A DNA stretch of 62,370 nucleotides, filler included, from Sphacelaria rigidula (lineage: Eukaryota): assembly GCA_964200075.2 (NCBI GenBank). It is 11 parts of 11 records of this genome, joined end to end, with 100 filler letters (N's around TTAATTAATTAA, not from the genome) between each part and the next. Parts side by side here need not be neighbours in the genome. Positions count along the whole stretch, not along the records: positions 34,076 to 39,654 come from CAXNAA020026147.1; positions 39,755 to 45,333 come from CAXNAA020026148.1; positions 45,434 to 51,012 come from CAXNAA020026149.1; 8 more parts are not named here. One strand, 5' to 3'. Shown here one piece after another: positions 36,261-49,363 of the stretch; position 1 is the first letter of the stretch; every line of letters starts with the position of its first letter. Below the pieces are notes generated by a model. It did not search any database. It was not told the DNA's origin and worked only from the letters and a program-made list of their open reading frames with translations. A program made the position numbers and the translations under genes.

Positions 36261-36797
36261 TGATTTATATTTATGCACTTGTACAGTAAGAGCTATGGTA
36301 CTGTGGGCGTTTTATAACCCTCGCAACGGCGATAGGGGCGATGGCGGCGACGTATCCTTCGAGAAAAGGTCAGGGCCGGGTCTTGGGGAACTGTGCGCTG
36401 CACCGTCGACGAAAAAACAAGTCCGTATTTGGCAAATTATGGAAATATCCCGTGTTGTTCCCCCACGTTGGTTGGGGGTGGTGCACACGACCTTTGATGA
36501 GCTAGAAACGTAGATCATTTATGGTTTCTCCTCTGACTAGGGCATCCGCAGTGTTCTCTTCCAGATGGAGAGAACTGTCGCGTGAAAATGAAGATGCAGC
36601 ACCATTGAGAGACATTTGTGTTGCACCGTTCATCACTTCGCAAAATATTCAAACATATCACCTCTGTGTATTTGGTATGCAGTTGCTGCTGCGGTGTACG
36701 CAGGAGTTGAATGCTCCACTTGGGCTGCGGAGCACACCGAGGTTCCCCGTGAGTGTCTAGAAACTCCGGAATGCGTGCCGGTCAGTTACCGTGCGGT

Positions 36798-36950
36798 GTT
36801 GTTGTTGTTGTTGTTGTTGTTGTTGTGGTGGTGGTGGTCGTCGTGGTCGTTGTCGTCTTCACATTCAAAAGCGGTAACGATATCTGTGCAGTACTCGGTA
36901 CTGGACATCTATCTGATGCGGACGCCTTCCGTGATCACAGGCTAACTACC
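36798..36950 (-). repeat. Dispersed retroposon-like repeat with (CAA)n tail
   Basis: (GTT)n-TTCAC..ATCTGATGCGGACGC..CCGTG.TCACAGGCTAA. Related copies at about 42530-42668(+), 42950-43035(+) and 47528-47665(-). Confidence 0.75.
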
Positions 36951-37504
36951 CAAAATATTGTAAAATAAAACCGAAAATAAAATCGGACCCAGAAACAATT
37001 CACACAGACGCGATACAAAAGAAAAACCCTCCGAATAAATCAGAAGAAAAAGAGGAAGGAAAAACAATGCTGATAGCCCCCTAATTTCCGATGCCGGATG
37101 CGACCATTCGGCCTACTGGAGGCAGGGCTCGTTGGTCCACGCAACACGCGAAGCTAAATGAGAAGGGAGCCAAATTCGAGAACCACGATCACCAGCCAAG
37201 GCGAAAATAATCGCAGGGTTTTATCTTTGTACCTTTAGAGGGAAAGCCATGTGTACGAACATACTAGGCATGACAGGAAAAGCACCACAAAACAACACAC
37301 ACCACCTTGGGGGAGGGGTGCATGGAAGTCTGCAATGAATAGAGAAAACAAATCAAAGGGCGTTTGTGTGCATATATATTGCCTGTTTTTACTCCACAAT
37401 GCATCCTGACAATACCAAACATCATGCGCTGCATGGCCGTTTTCTTCGTGACTGTTTTGGGCTGGTTCCGGGAGGCAGCTATCGTGGCATTATTCAGATG
37501 TACA

Positions 37505-37505
37505 C

Positions 37506-37552
<47 letters not shown>

Positions 37553-37640
37553 CGCACTTTAAGTGATTCTCCAGGCGTCCACCCGTGGTCTCATGATAGA
37601 CGTACCCAAGAAAAACGAAACTGAAACACGCTCTGAGAAA
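37505..37640 (-). repeat. Dispersed retroposon-like repeat with (ATCA)n tail
   Basis: (GATT)n-GTCGCACTTTAA..CCAGG.GTCCA.CCGTGGTCTCATGATAGACGTACCCAAG. Related copies at about 32540-32645(+), 33700-33806(+), 34745-34810(-), 54893-55010(-) and 58885-58960(-). Confidence 0.8.
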
Positions 37641-39108
37641 AAAAAGGAACAAGGAAAAAATCAAAGAGGGTCAAACAGTATGATACAACAGACTTATTCG
37701 TAACAAAAAAAGGGTAATGAAAAAGTCAACACAAGCAAAGCACAGAAAGAATTGGACGACCTCAAACAAAAAACGGAAAATGAGAGGAAATACAGAGCAA
37801 ATAAAATAAAATACGACACAACGATGATTTTTGATCGATTGATTGTCGATTCAGTCGGGTCCGTTTCCTTCTCCTGGCGACTGTCCTTGCGTACACTGTA
37901 TTGCCCTTCACCTCCGATGCAGGGCGGCACTCGCTGCTCGGTCGGAGTCCCTTCAGCTCAGCAATTTTCATTTCGGAGGTAGCAAGTATTCTATTCGATC
38001 AGGTCTTCGATTGCAAAGTGATTTTTCACGAACCACGTGTTGAAGCTTCGAGTGTGACCGTGGTTTCGCCAACTCCTTGATGGAAAGGATGGCGCGACAT
38101 CTGGGGGGCAGTGCTGAGGACGCTACAAATTGTTCAGCGATACGGGGTGGGCATCGAGAACACCGTCTCGTTGAACTGACTTTGTCCCGGCGATGGTATT
38201 TAATAATGTGGGATCTCTAACACATGTTGAAAAGACAACAGCTGCTGGCAAAGTCGTTCCGCGAGGAAAGTCAGCCCAACAGAGCGGGATAAGCGTGAGA
38301 GAGAACATGGTATCGGGGGAGCCGGTGGTCACGTCTCCTGCAATACCATGGCCAGTCAGCTACCATCTTCAGACGACTATGTTCCAGGGATGTGTACGGA
38401 GGAAATCGCGTTTTGTCCTTGCTCTGAGATCAACAGTAAAACAAGTTTGACGCAAAGAAGGGCAAATAAAACCGCTGAAGATGACGAGGAATCAAACCAG
38501 CGTGTTCGCGTTGCAAAATATATCGTCCTCCTCCCTCAGGAGCCTTGGAAAAACAAAAACGCTGTTTGAAATTCGTGATATATTCGTACGGGTTTCGCTG
38601 TAAGTCCGTAGCAGGGGCCGTCATACGAATCCGTTCAAAGCGGAACGTACCCGGATCGAGTCCCCGTACCGATAACGTTGTCGTGTTCCCTCTTTTACTC
38701 ATATTTCGTATTAGTCCCGACGCTACAGTCTTCAATCCGTAAAACCACGGTTTGATCCGCGCATGTCCCTGCAATTTTCCTCAGCCCTTGAAGCGAAGAT
38801 AGACGTGGAATCATTTCCCATCGGAAACACACACGATACACCGCTGGCAGCGTAGGTCGGCGTTTTGTGTTGGAGGCGCAGCATGCCGATCGGGAAGCTT
38901 ACCTTACTTTCGAATTTGGCAGTCGGTGTCGTGTTTCCAGACCCTTGGTATATGTTTTGGCGATATCTCGACAACCGCTAAGCCGATTCGACCGCAAATC
39001 GTACAAAACGACGCGTCACGACGAGGCGCGTGACGTGGATGACTGCAGGTAATGTGAGTATGACATTAACGACCGGGATCAAATTTTTGTGTTGGAGACA
39101 CATCACTT

Positions 39109-39531
39109 CGATCGTGAGATGATATGGGCTGGAAATTGATGGCCGCATGAGAGGGACTGGGGCCTCGAAATTGGCAGTGTGGTCGGAGTTCTGTGTTGAA
39201 GACAGAGCGTGTCGATCGTGAGATGATATGGGCTGGAAATTGATGGCCGCATAAGAGGGACTGGGGCCTCGAAATTGGCAGTGTGGTCGGAGTTCTGTGT
39301 TGAAGACAGAGCGTGTCGATCGTGAGATGATATGGGCTGGAAATTGATGGCCGCAAAAGAGGGACTGGGGCCGCGAAATTGGCAGTGTATGTCGGAGTTC
39401 TGTGTTGAAGACAGAGCGTGTCGATCGTGAGATGATATGGGCTGGAAATTGATGCCCGGAGGAGAGAGACTGGGGCCGTGAAATTGGCGGTGTGGTCGGA
39501 GTTCTGTGTTGAAGACAGAGCGTGTCGATCG
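39109..39531. repeat. 104-bp minisatellite, 4 copies
   Basis: CGATCG unit starts at 39109, 39213, 39317, 39422 and 39526; copies are highly similar. Confidence 0.96.
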
Positions 39532-39754
39532 GGGGTATCACATTGTTGTTGAATAGAGCAGATGAGACGTGTGGCTTTAGAGGTCAGGATCATGCCTTGT
39601 AATACTTGGCCTTCGTGTCGGCGATGCATTGTACTGACGTCTCGTTCTGTTCCTNNNNNNNNNNNNNNNNNNNNNNNNNNNNNNNNNNNNNNNNNNNNTT
39701 AATTAATTAANNNNNNNNNNNNNNNNNNNNNNNNNNNNNNNNNNNNNNNNNNNN

Positions 39755-40075
39755 CGACGCCAACCCCATCGGGGATCCGCCCCTACAAAGCCGGGACGGA
39801 GCACGCCGGGTTCTCGCCGGATCAGGCGGTGAGGTGTTCATCGAGTCACAAGGAGGGTAGGCCGCATCGTGCTCGGCTTGTTCGAACCGGAGCGTACTGA
39901 TCATCTCGCATTTGGATGACAGTCTACAGCGAGCTGCTTCATTTCCTGGCATCGCCACTTCCAGAGACAGTCACGGGTTACACACTGACTCGTGGGTGTC
40001 TCACCAAGGGAGGAGGGTGTACTCATGATCTTGCATGCCATAGTCATGAGACTATTGACCCGACTAAGTGTTATA
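39755..40075. repeat. High-copy modular interspersed repeat
   Basis: Modules CCCTACAAAGCCGGGACGGAGC, GTACTCATGATC.TGCATGCCATAGT and GACACCCATGAGGCAGTGTATAAGCCGTGGCTGTC recur at about 29825-29995, 30160-30212, 44470-44650, 45225-45333, 51113-51150 and 56792-56820. Four contig ends fall within it. Confidence 0.75.
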
Positions 40076-40529
40076 CTCTTTCAGGTCCTGTGTTTCGTAC
40101 GCTACTATCATAGCGGCCCGCCACGTCTAGGGAATGACAAGGAGGTCACACTACTATGCTCCCCACATCCAATGGGGTGCGTGGATACTCCCTTAGTCTT
40201 GGTCTGCTTCGAATAATACGGGAACTGTTCGCCGCACAATACTTGTAGGGGGTGCCCGGGCCACCCCGTAGCATCCGAGAATTAAGGTTGGGTGGAATAC
40301 GAGGTGAGGGTGAAGTGCACCGTATTCTGCTAAATGTGGCAGAGATATGCCCAAAACTATAGTACAAGGTTAAATGCGGGCTTTGTTAAGTTAGATTGGC
40401 CCACCAACGCAGCCAATGAGCCACAACAAAGCCACGCAATTGTGTGAAAGAGAGCGTGCACGGGACGCATCTCGCAGCGAACGTAAAAACAAAATGCGCG
40501 GGTCTGTAGCTAAGATGATGAGAACCCGA

Positions 40530-41738
40530 TTGGAGTTGCAATGGAAGTGCGGAGAAGAGAAATTGACGATTGTAGACCCGTACACACACATCGGCGTACG
40601 AGGAGATCTCAACACGTTCTTCTTGGGGTGCACATACTTCGTATGAATCAAGTAAATGACAAGGGCACGGCGCAGATAGGCAAGATGGACGTGATCCTGA
40701 GATACTCGTACTTCGACACTAGGATCAAGAGATTTATGCTGATGAATGTGATTGTCCCGAAGCTAAAATATGCAGGAGATGTGTGGGAAGGGAGCACGAA
40801 GTTCGTGCAGCAACTGGAAACAGTACAGATGGCAGCAGCTGAGAAAATACTTGGATGCTCGAAAACGACGAGTTGTACGGCACTGAGAGCAGAATCGGGA
40901 ATGTACCCACTGAAAAAAAATAGAAATATGAAAAAAAAAAAAAATGGAGACATAACGTAAGGTACACGCCGAGAGACAGATGGCCAAAGTTAAAAGGGCT
41001 ATATGAAAGAAAGCAACGAAAGGGCAGGCTGTAATGAAGTGGAACAACGTAGTCGAGAAAGTATGGGAGAATATAGAAGGAAACCAAGACCAGATGATGG
41101 CTATTGGTGAGGGGTACAAGACAAAAGTAAACGAAAACATAGAAGAAAAAAAAAACTAGCGCTATGAAAAAAAGCGGACGAGGAAGAGCACCTGAAGATA
41201 TACGGGGGGCTGAGAGAACGGATGGGGATAAAACAATATCTGCAAGGCCGAATGAACTACGTGAAAAATGTTGAAATGCGATTTCAGCTGGGGGACCTGG
41301 ATTTGCCAAAAAGAAGAAAGAAACACAACAGTACTTGGGTGGAGGAGTAAGCAGATGCACAGAACTGCCCCTGTAGCAAAGAAATCGAGTGTCACAGCCC
41401 AGATAGCGGGGGAGTATGGACTATACCAGGAGGAACTGAAAGTGTTGGAGGGAGAAATGTTGGAACTAAATGAAGGTGGCATGAAAACGTTTGATGCATT
41501 CGACAGTGGCGAGAAAACGATCGCCATAGTAGGAGATAGATGTAGCCATAGACGGCGAAACAGGAAGGGGATAATATATATACAAGGTTCTTGTGCAATG
41601 TGTGAAAAAACTACATGTACGCCCCAAATGTTGGAGGTGTCGCTCGTGGGGGTAGAAACGGTGCCCGGTCTCACAAGGGATGCATGGTCAATGGCCAAAT
41701 GACCAAGGCAAGCAACAAATTGAGTACCCCGCCCGCCC
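40530..41738 (+). mobile_element. 5'-truncated degenerate LINE (post-RT region to 3' end)
   Basis: WKCGEEKLTIVDPYTHIGV..GKMDVILR..DTRIKRFMLMNVIVPKLKYAGDVWEG..KILGCSKTTS..LRAESGMYPL; same family as 10690-11259. Confidence 0.9.
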
Positions 41739-42668
41739 TTTATTCCTACAGCCCTATTCGCCGTACTTCGCACAAGATTTGGGTCACCCATGCGTAAGAT
41801 TCCCCTTCAAAATTGCAATCAAATGCCTGGCTCCATGACTCTAACCCACCCGCCCCTCAACAGTGCAACAACAACAACAACAACAACGACGACGACGACG
41901 ACGACGACGACAAATAAGGAGAGCACTACACACCGATATCATCGATCTCCAACCCGACAACCCTCACCTTTGTAATCCACTGATATCCTCACGTAACCCA
42001 CGCCTCCCCACACCACGCCCACCACCGCTCCCACCAGTCGCTCGCGCAACACTCCACACTCGCGAGCTACCGCCCCCCCCACCCATGCCATGGTCAGATA
42101 CCGCCCCGCTCGACATCCCTCGACACGCGGCGGAGGTACGATGAGCAGTACTCGACAAAGCAGAACGTAAAGCTGTTGCCCTGCCGTGAAGCACGGGCGA
42201 CCGCGTCGGCGTTGCCGTTGGGACCAAGGTGTGAAAGGAGTGCGCTGTCCGCCCCCCGAGAGCGAGGACCGTCCCGACGCCGACCTTGAAGCTGGTACCG
42301 AGTCTCATCCTACGGGAAAACCTGCTTTAAACACAAGGACGCGGCCACAGAGACGCGCGTGCACAGGTGGTTTTAGGATACAAGGGCACAGTGCTCACTC
42401 GAAGTGTCCTAATATTCCGTGAATTTTGAGGCCGTACCGAGTATATTGTATCACGTCTGTGTTGATTTGATCTGAGTCCCTTTTTTTTTCCCTTTGATTT
42501 GATTTCCTTATACTGTAGTTTGAGTAGTTCGTTTAGCCTGTGACCACGGTACGCGTCCGCATCAGATGCCCAGTACGGAAGTTAGAAGGGTCTGCGCAAA
42601 GATCAGAGCGTTTATTACGGTGAAAACGACAACAACAGCAACAGCAACAGCAACAGCAACAACAACAA

Positions 42669-42933
42669 CAAGGGTAGGTCGAGTAGAGTATAATCAATAC
42701 TCAGTATTTTTAAAGAGTCATACTTCTAGTGCTCGAAGTTTGAGTAGAGTATTTGAGGTCGTATTCGACCTACTCCAAATTTGAGTAGAGTATTTGTGGC
42801 TGTACTCGACCTACTCCAAATTTGAGTAGAGTATCTGAGGCCGTACTCGACCTACTCAAACGTCGAGTAGAGTAAATACTCAAGTACTGTACTCGAGTGC
42901 TCAAAAGTACGTACTCTACTCGACCTACTCTTG
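42669..42933. mobile_element. hAT-type MITE (265 bp) inserted in a (CAA)n tail
   Basis: 22-bp TIR CAAG(G/A)GTAGGTCGAGTAGAGTA; AACAACAA on both sides; internal ~39-bp tandem repeats. Confidence 0.88.
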
Positions 42934-43429
42934 AACAACAACAATGGAAGTCCGGAAGTTAGAAGGGTCTGCACAGAGATCAGAACGTTTGTTACGGTGG
43001 AAACAACCAACAACGACGGCGACGACGACGACAGCAACCAAGTACCCCAGAGCACTACGAACACTACATCGATGGCCGGAAATACTGAAGACTTCAAGGG
43101 TTCCTGACGTGTGCGTAGAGTAAAGCATCCGTACCCGAACCATGGTCTACCCGAAGGGAACCTGGGATATTGTGTCGTATTCCAGAGCACCTGGAGAATG
43201 GCTGCACGTACCCATTCCCTACCCGGCCTAGCCGCTCTTGCTATGTCGGTGAACTTTGGCTCCCGTGGTTTTTGTTACGTAGAGTAGATCAGGCGGTGTT
43301 ACATTGGACAGGGCGTGGCATTCACACTGCGTGTTATTCACGGATGCCGTCTCCATCACACGGCTCAACAAAACACAAGTAGACGACAAACATGGAATTT
43401 GGCCACCACTCGCGTACACGTGCCTTCTT

Positions 43430-43760
43430 CAACCCTGTACAACTTTGTACCCGATGGTATCGAAATGACTACGGTTGTCTTGTGTAGGGTATACCGGGTG
43501 GATTCGGGTACTTACACAAGTATGAAAGCTAGCGAACCCCCTATATTCTTCGTCCTCTGACGGCTCGAGAAGGGTATTCTCTGTTGCATCGTTGTCTAGT
43601 TGGTTTCGAGTTCCGTGTGCATCAACCGGGTTAGATGAGTCCATGCCAAACTTTTCAAGTGAGGAGTTCACGTATTTATTCTTTCTGATCACCTCCATAC
43701 CAAGGGTGAGAGATAGCAGTCCTACCTCCGATATGGAGACCCTTGTCTTGAGCGTGTCTC
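43430..43760 (-). mobile_element. Degenerate Copia RT fragment
   Basis: LKTRVSISEVGLLSLTLGMEVIR..KYVNSSLEKFGMDSSNPV..LLEPSEDEEYR. Confidence 0.75.
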
Positions 43761-46700
43761 ATGCGTGTTGAAGTTGTTTTATGGACGGCCCTGGCTCTTA
43801 TATCCATGAATGCTCTCCCGGATCATATCGGGAGCAATGCCACGGTAGGGGTGCAGTTTGTTTCGCTCTAACGCTCTTTATTGTAGGAGCCTCTCGATAA
43901 CAGATATCTGGGCCTTAGTGTGCGGCCTGAGAAATCTTTTTGACTGAAGGGGGCACCCACCCCTACCGTGGCGTCACTCTCGGAGTTTTCGGATCAGGGC
44001 CCGATACCGCGAATTCGGTACACATTCTGGTAGGTAGACATTCCGGCATGATCTTATCTGCCAACCGAAATCCCTCGCGTCCGGATACACCCTGCAGAAT
44101 ACAACCTTAAAGACTACAGCCTGGGGTTTCAAACCTCTACACAAACCACGAAAAAACTAGACCTGGATAATGGTGAAGCATCAACAGTTACCACTCCTCT
44201 ATGTGGGCTAGCCAGATTCTACGTGGAAGTGGATGGACAATGAGCACTCGCGGGTTCACCTGGCGATTGAATTTATGCCGTCTGAGACTATAGGTAATTC
44301 GTAATCTACTTCTGTGGCTTCGTCGGCTTTTTTCGTGTGTGGGAACCAGTACCAGATCTCAGCCCGACGTATTCCTTGTTGTCATTCTTTTACCCCCCTT
44401 GCTGTTATGTTTCCTCCCTCTGTTTTTCTTCGTTTCATTTTCGCCCCTCCTCTCCCCCCTCCTTTCCTCCTATGGGGTTGGCGTCGGTGATGCTGTAAAA
44501 CACGCCACTCACTGCGTAAGCTAGGCAACCAGGTTGCCGATTTGCTTTTGCGCGCTTGCGTTTTTTTTGCGGTGACCATGATGGTAGTCGAGCTAGATCA
44601 CATTGTGCGGGGTGGGAAAACCTCAACTCCGCGCAAAGGAGATGGTCATACTACAGTAGTGGGCGGTCTAACTATTTAGGGGGTTTTGGGGTTTTCCTCG
44701 CGTAGTACTCTTCGATAGAAGTCGAAATTGCTAGCGTCGGTAGTTTTGGTTCAACAAAACAGATCGTCCTCGAAATACAGTGCCCAAGTCAATGTATGTT
44801 GGTGTTATCGGGCGAAACGCGTAAATACCCCGTTCATCAGGAGGGTGTTATTGACCGTGAAACACAGTTTTTTGGCCCTAGTGCAATGAGTAGGCAGAAT
44901 TCAATTTAAATGAAACTGTACATTTCTTTACAAATATGATCAGGATGGGCTCGATCGACCGAAAATACAGAGGAGTAAGAATCTGGGCTGAAACGTGGCA
45001 GGACCCCCGATAACCGGTCAGCCCGTAAGTCACTCAATCACTGAGTACAGATTATTTTTTCCTCTCGGAATGTGGAGCGGATACAACTATCTTCAGATCC
45101 CCGATGTGATGAGCGGTGGCACGCGAAAAGAGCTCAAGAAAATCGCCAATTACGAAAAAGTCACAAAATGCCACAAAATGAATAGTTATACCGCCCACTA
45201 CTGTACGTAGTGTGTAAATGATGAGACACCCATGAGGCAGTGTATAAGCCGTGGCTGTCTCTGGGAGTGTACTCATGATCATGCATGCCATAGTCATAAG
45301 ACCATTGACCTCGCATCCCTACAAAGCCGGGACNNNNNNNNNNNNNNNNNNNNNNNNNNNNNNNNNNNNNNNNNNNNTTAATTAATTAANNNNNNNNNNN
45401 NNNNNNNNNNNNNNNNNNNNNNNNNNNNNNNNNTCAGGGGCAGCTCTGATTGTGTTCGGCTGTGTGGTAGGCCTTTGCATGTGCCCCTGTCAACCGGACA
45501 CGTATGTTCCCTTTCGAGATGTCCGGAAATCCCCTTTTGAAAAGGGGGGGACTTCTGTGCACGTTGAGGGGATTTCTTGGAGGGGGTGGTATCGCAGCGA
45601 TCAATCACTGATCGTTTCTGAAAAAGGGGATTATCCCCTTCGTTAAGAAATACCCTCAACCCCCCCCCCCCCCCTGATTTTTTCTTCGCATGTTTTTGGC
45701 AATTCTGTTCCAAAAACTGTTGTGAAATGTTCCGTCGCTAATAACTCACACAGAAAAAAAAACACGGGAGGAACGAAAGGGTGCTTCGCACAGATGTCCT
45801 GTACATCATGTCAAAATTCCATCGAAAACGACTAAAAATTAAGCTGGGGAATTGCGCCATTTCCTCCAAGTCCGGTTCCTACGTGTTTCGTCTTTGACTT
45901 GTCTTCTACTTTCGGCTCGGAGGTCTTCACAAACTACTCGTTGGTTCGCACACTACCACCAGACGCCTCGGCGCGCTGGGGGTCTCGTCTGCGTGCCATT
46001 TTGGATACTGCGCGCTTAATGCGACATGAGTTGTACGATCGCAGGTTGTGCGGCACCACGCGGCACAACCGACTGTGACCGAAAATCCAATTTCAGCCGT
46101 TTTCTTTTGGCTAATTTCGCCGCACATGGTACTCTCAACTCTCAACATTTTCGCACTTGATTGCAGTCCGGTATTTCGTTTGATGAGACCTTATCAGGTC
46201 GTAGTGCAACATGGATTCTAAGATGCGCGCTGATTTGCCGATTACCACGAGATATCATTGTAGGCACAACACGCGATACATCGTCACTTAGAACGGGCTG
46301 AAGGAAAGTGAGCTCCTCAGGCGGCCGAACCTGTACTGTTGTATTTACTTGAGGTTTTCTTGGAGGGTATTCCATCGACCAATCATGGGGGATGAAAAGT
46401 AGAAGGATACAGAGCAAACAGATTCCCTACCTCGCACGACTTGAGTTAAATGTGTTATGATCGCGGAGGTAGTGGGGCTCTCAGTTTCATGAGTTACCAT
46501 GTCGGTTTGTGTGTCGGACCTCTGCTGCTGATGCCTCAGCGGTCACCATGTTTTTCATCCCCTTCGAGCTAACAGCTTGCCGGTTCGCCCACACAGATTT
46601 TCTACTATAGATCTTTCGGGGGATGGTAATATACCGACCAATCGCAAACAGATGATCCTGCCTCGATAGGACACGGCCTTGACTCCAAACGTGCTATTCC

Positions 46701-46814
46701 GCGCCCACAGGATCCAGCGCAGACAGTGCTGTAGTATACATGATGGTACAGGTCACTTGTGGGACCGATCAGGTTACATTGAATTTCAGCTACTGAGGGC
46801 AGCATGCATCTCAC

Positions 46815-46918
46815 CAAAGACAGGGCATTCTCGGTTAAAGGGCGATACTTCTGCCTCAGCAGCTTGCTGCGGATCATTGATAGTGGTTCAACAACATCGC
46901 GCTGCGGTATCATCGCTA
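46815..46918 (-). CDS. Candidate exon of an unidentified gene
   Basis: ACAG acceptor and TTG|GTGAGA donor. Reads (V)AMIPQRDVVEPLSMIRSKLLRQKYRPLTENALSL. Phase-compatible with the donor at 47118 (G|GTAAGA) and a candidate exon at 46157-46330. Confidence 0.3.
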
Positions 46919-47527
46919 CTGTCTACCGGGTGAAGGGCTATCCTGTGCTGTCGACGGTGCTGGTCTCGCTTCACCCATTTTACTGTAGCGCACTGTACTG
47001 TAAGTACTATACTATTGTACTGTTGTAGTGTGTGTTGGAGTGCCGTGCGGTACAAAATCACCGCACCTTGACAATCATAAGAATCACCGACTCAAGATGA
47101 AGAAACCCCATTCTTACCTGCGACGATAGCTGAGGAGGATATGCCAAAGGGTTCCGGTGCTTTGACTGCTGCGTTAGCGTGTGTTAAAGCGCGGAAGAGG
47201 CGACCACGAGAGGAAAAGATTGCGCCAAGCACGGCCGCGCAATAGCGTTCAATCAAACATGACCCAAATATCGCTTAGATGATGGTGTATAACACCCTGA
47301 TCATTGCTTAAGACGCGTTATCCATTATTTCATTGTTTCAGACATATTTTTTTAATCAAAACCTCATTCGGACATGCCAACGAATGGCTTATGAAACAGC
47401 TTTATAGCGTTCAGGTTATGAGCTATCAACAGTTTTTTGGAAGAGTAAAATTTTGGGGCTCGAAAATATTAAGGTTGGGAAGTCTCCCTACTCCCCGACG
47501 CGACTACTCGTATGATGTACTATTGCG

Positions 47528-47580
<53 letters not shown>

Positions 47581-48110
47581 GATGATGATGATGATGCTGC
47601 TGCTGCTGTCTTCACATTAAAAACCGTTCCGGTGCGCGCCTTCCGTGGTCACAGGCGAACTATATTCTACTATAATATGGAAGTCAGCAGGTGTACATGT
47701 TGCTGGATATCAACTTCGGGCAAGCTTCGGGCCTTCAACACACTGCCATCAGAACCAACGGGTCTGACCATCACATTTTTATACTTCTAAATTATTTCCT
47801 GATTTTAATTGGTACAGTATGTACAGACAGTTATGTTATTGTTTTCCGGTGACCACCAACGAAGATCTGCTTCTCCCTTCTGTTCTTCTATTTCTCCCGT
47901 CGACGCACCTGTACCCCAGTTGTCTTCATCTGTGGACTGTTGTTGTGCCGCGGACACTCCCAGTTGCGGCACTTGCTAGTGTGAAATTCCTTGCCCAAAC
48001 GGGAGCCCTCGAGTATCGTACGAGGTGTGTGAGTTTGCTACTACAGACAGTACGAGGTGTGTGTTTGTTGGGTCGGTCTTCCCGTCTCTCGGGTTTGTCC
48101 GTCCCACAGC

Positions 48111-48536
48111 ATGGGAGGGAACTCCGCCCATAATGAGTTGACCATCAAGACTGATATGCCAGCAACGGAGGATGAGCGCACTCGATGGTCCTTCAGTAGC
48201 TTGCTCTCCTGCAATGCATGTGGCGGGAGCAGGATCAAAGCTGGTCACGGCCGCTACGGGGGTATGCAAGAAGGCAGTGCTCAAACCTGCGGGATTCGAA
48301 ACGCAAGACTTTCGACTGTGGCAACGTCAAGGGTGGTATCGGTCAGCGTCCTGTTCACCTTTCGTGTGATGTGTTTTATTATGTTGATATTCGGGGCCGC
48401 CTGGCTGACATGGGCTTACTACAGCAATCAAGGGGACTCCCCGGAAGACTCATCTTATCAAGATCAAGGGTTAGGTCCACAACCACTGCTGTGCTTACCG
48501 GATTGGAGCTATGTGATTACTGCGTTGTATTTTCTG
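48111..48536 (+). CDS. First coding exon of a multi-pass membrane protein (rolling-stone-like)
   Basis: CCCACAG|C ATG start; 142 codons with TM segments (VLFTFRVMCFIMLIFGAAWLTW; LPDWSYVITALYFL); CTG|GTGAGC donor. Confidence 0.65.
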
Positions 48537-49151
48537 GTGAGCTGCTTGATGGTAGATTCTCACGTGTTGTACACGTTTTAGTTTTCGGCAAGTCTCCTCG
48601 TCGCTGGCATCCCACCGGTATCCGATCTTTCATATCACAAGATATGCCCAAACCGGTCTCTTTGTATTATTTTCTTTTTTCTTGTCGTTCGAGCGCATTG
48701 ACTTTTGCTGGATTAATCAGCAACAGGAGGATTTCCGAGATCTCTACACGATAAGCCCGAGCCCCCGACCCACTATATCAATAATGTGTTGCCTAGCCTA
48801 CCAGAGAGCTAACATCAGTGATATTCCAACTCTTATCCACTTCAGACTCAACGGCCTTCCCTGTACATCCCACACACGACGACTTTGACAGGAGACCGAA
48901 TACTTACTACTGTCTGTACTGTATAATTTCCCCACCGGCTCTCATTTTTGAAAAAGAAAATATCTGCAGCAGTCCCCACCCAAATACGAGGAATCAATTA
49001 TCCCTGTGGCAGCCTGCGGCAATCAAAACAGTGAAAACAACTTCTATATCCGTCCCTACCCTGCCACATATGCTTTGTGTGTGTGTTGGGCTCTCCCAGA
49101 CTCCCAATCGCATGACGGTACTGACTCGTTCTATTGTTGACTCCATTACAG

Positions 49152-49363
49152 ATGAGCGCGGCAGCATGTCTCCGGCAAACCAAGGCAAAGGCGTATACAC
49201 CGCACACTCTTCGTGCGTTGCCAGCCAGTCTACCGGGCAGCTCGAGCAGCAGCAGCCATCGCATCAACGGGGATGCGGCCGACAGGAGTTTCTGTAACAC
49301 CCTCACGCTGTTCATGCTCGAGGTGTCTGTTGTGTTTCAGACCATCGTGGTACCTCTAGAGTG
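49152..49363 (+). CDS. Second coding exon of the same membrane protein
   Basis: TTACAG acceptor, phase 0; ..TLFMLEVSVVFQTIVVPLE(W); TG|GTGAGT donor. Resembles the LxExx..VTxxYW helix of rolling-stone proteins. Confidence 0.6.

Noticed and set aside
39109..39531. CRISPR array or repeat-protein ORFs (38978-39541, 39066-39629)
   Set aside because: The whole unit repeats with no spacers. The 104-bp period cycles through frames, so the ORFs are by-products.
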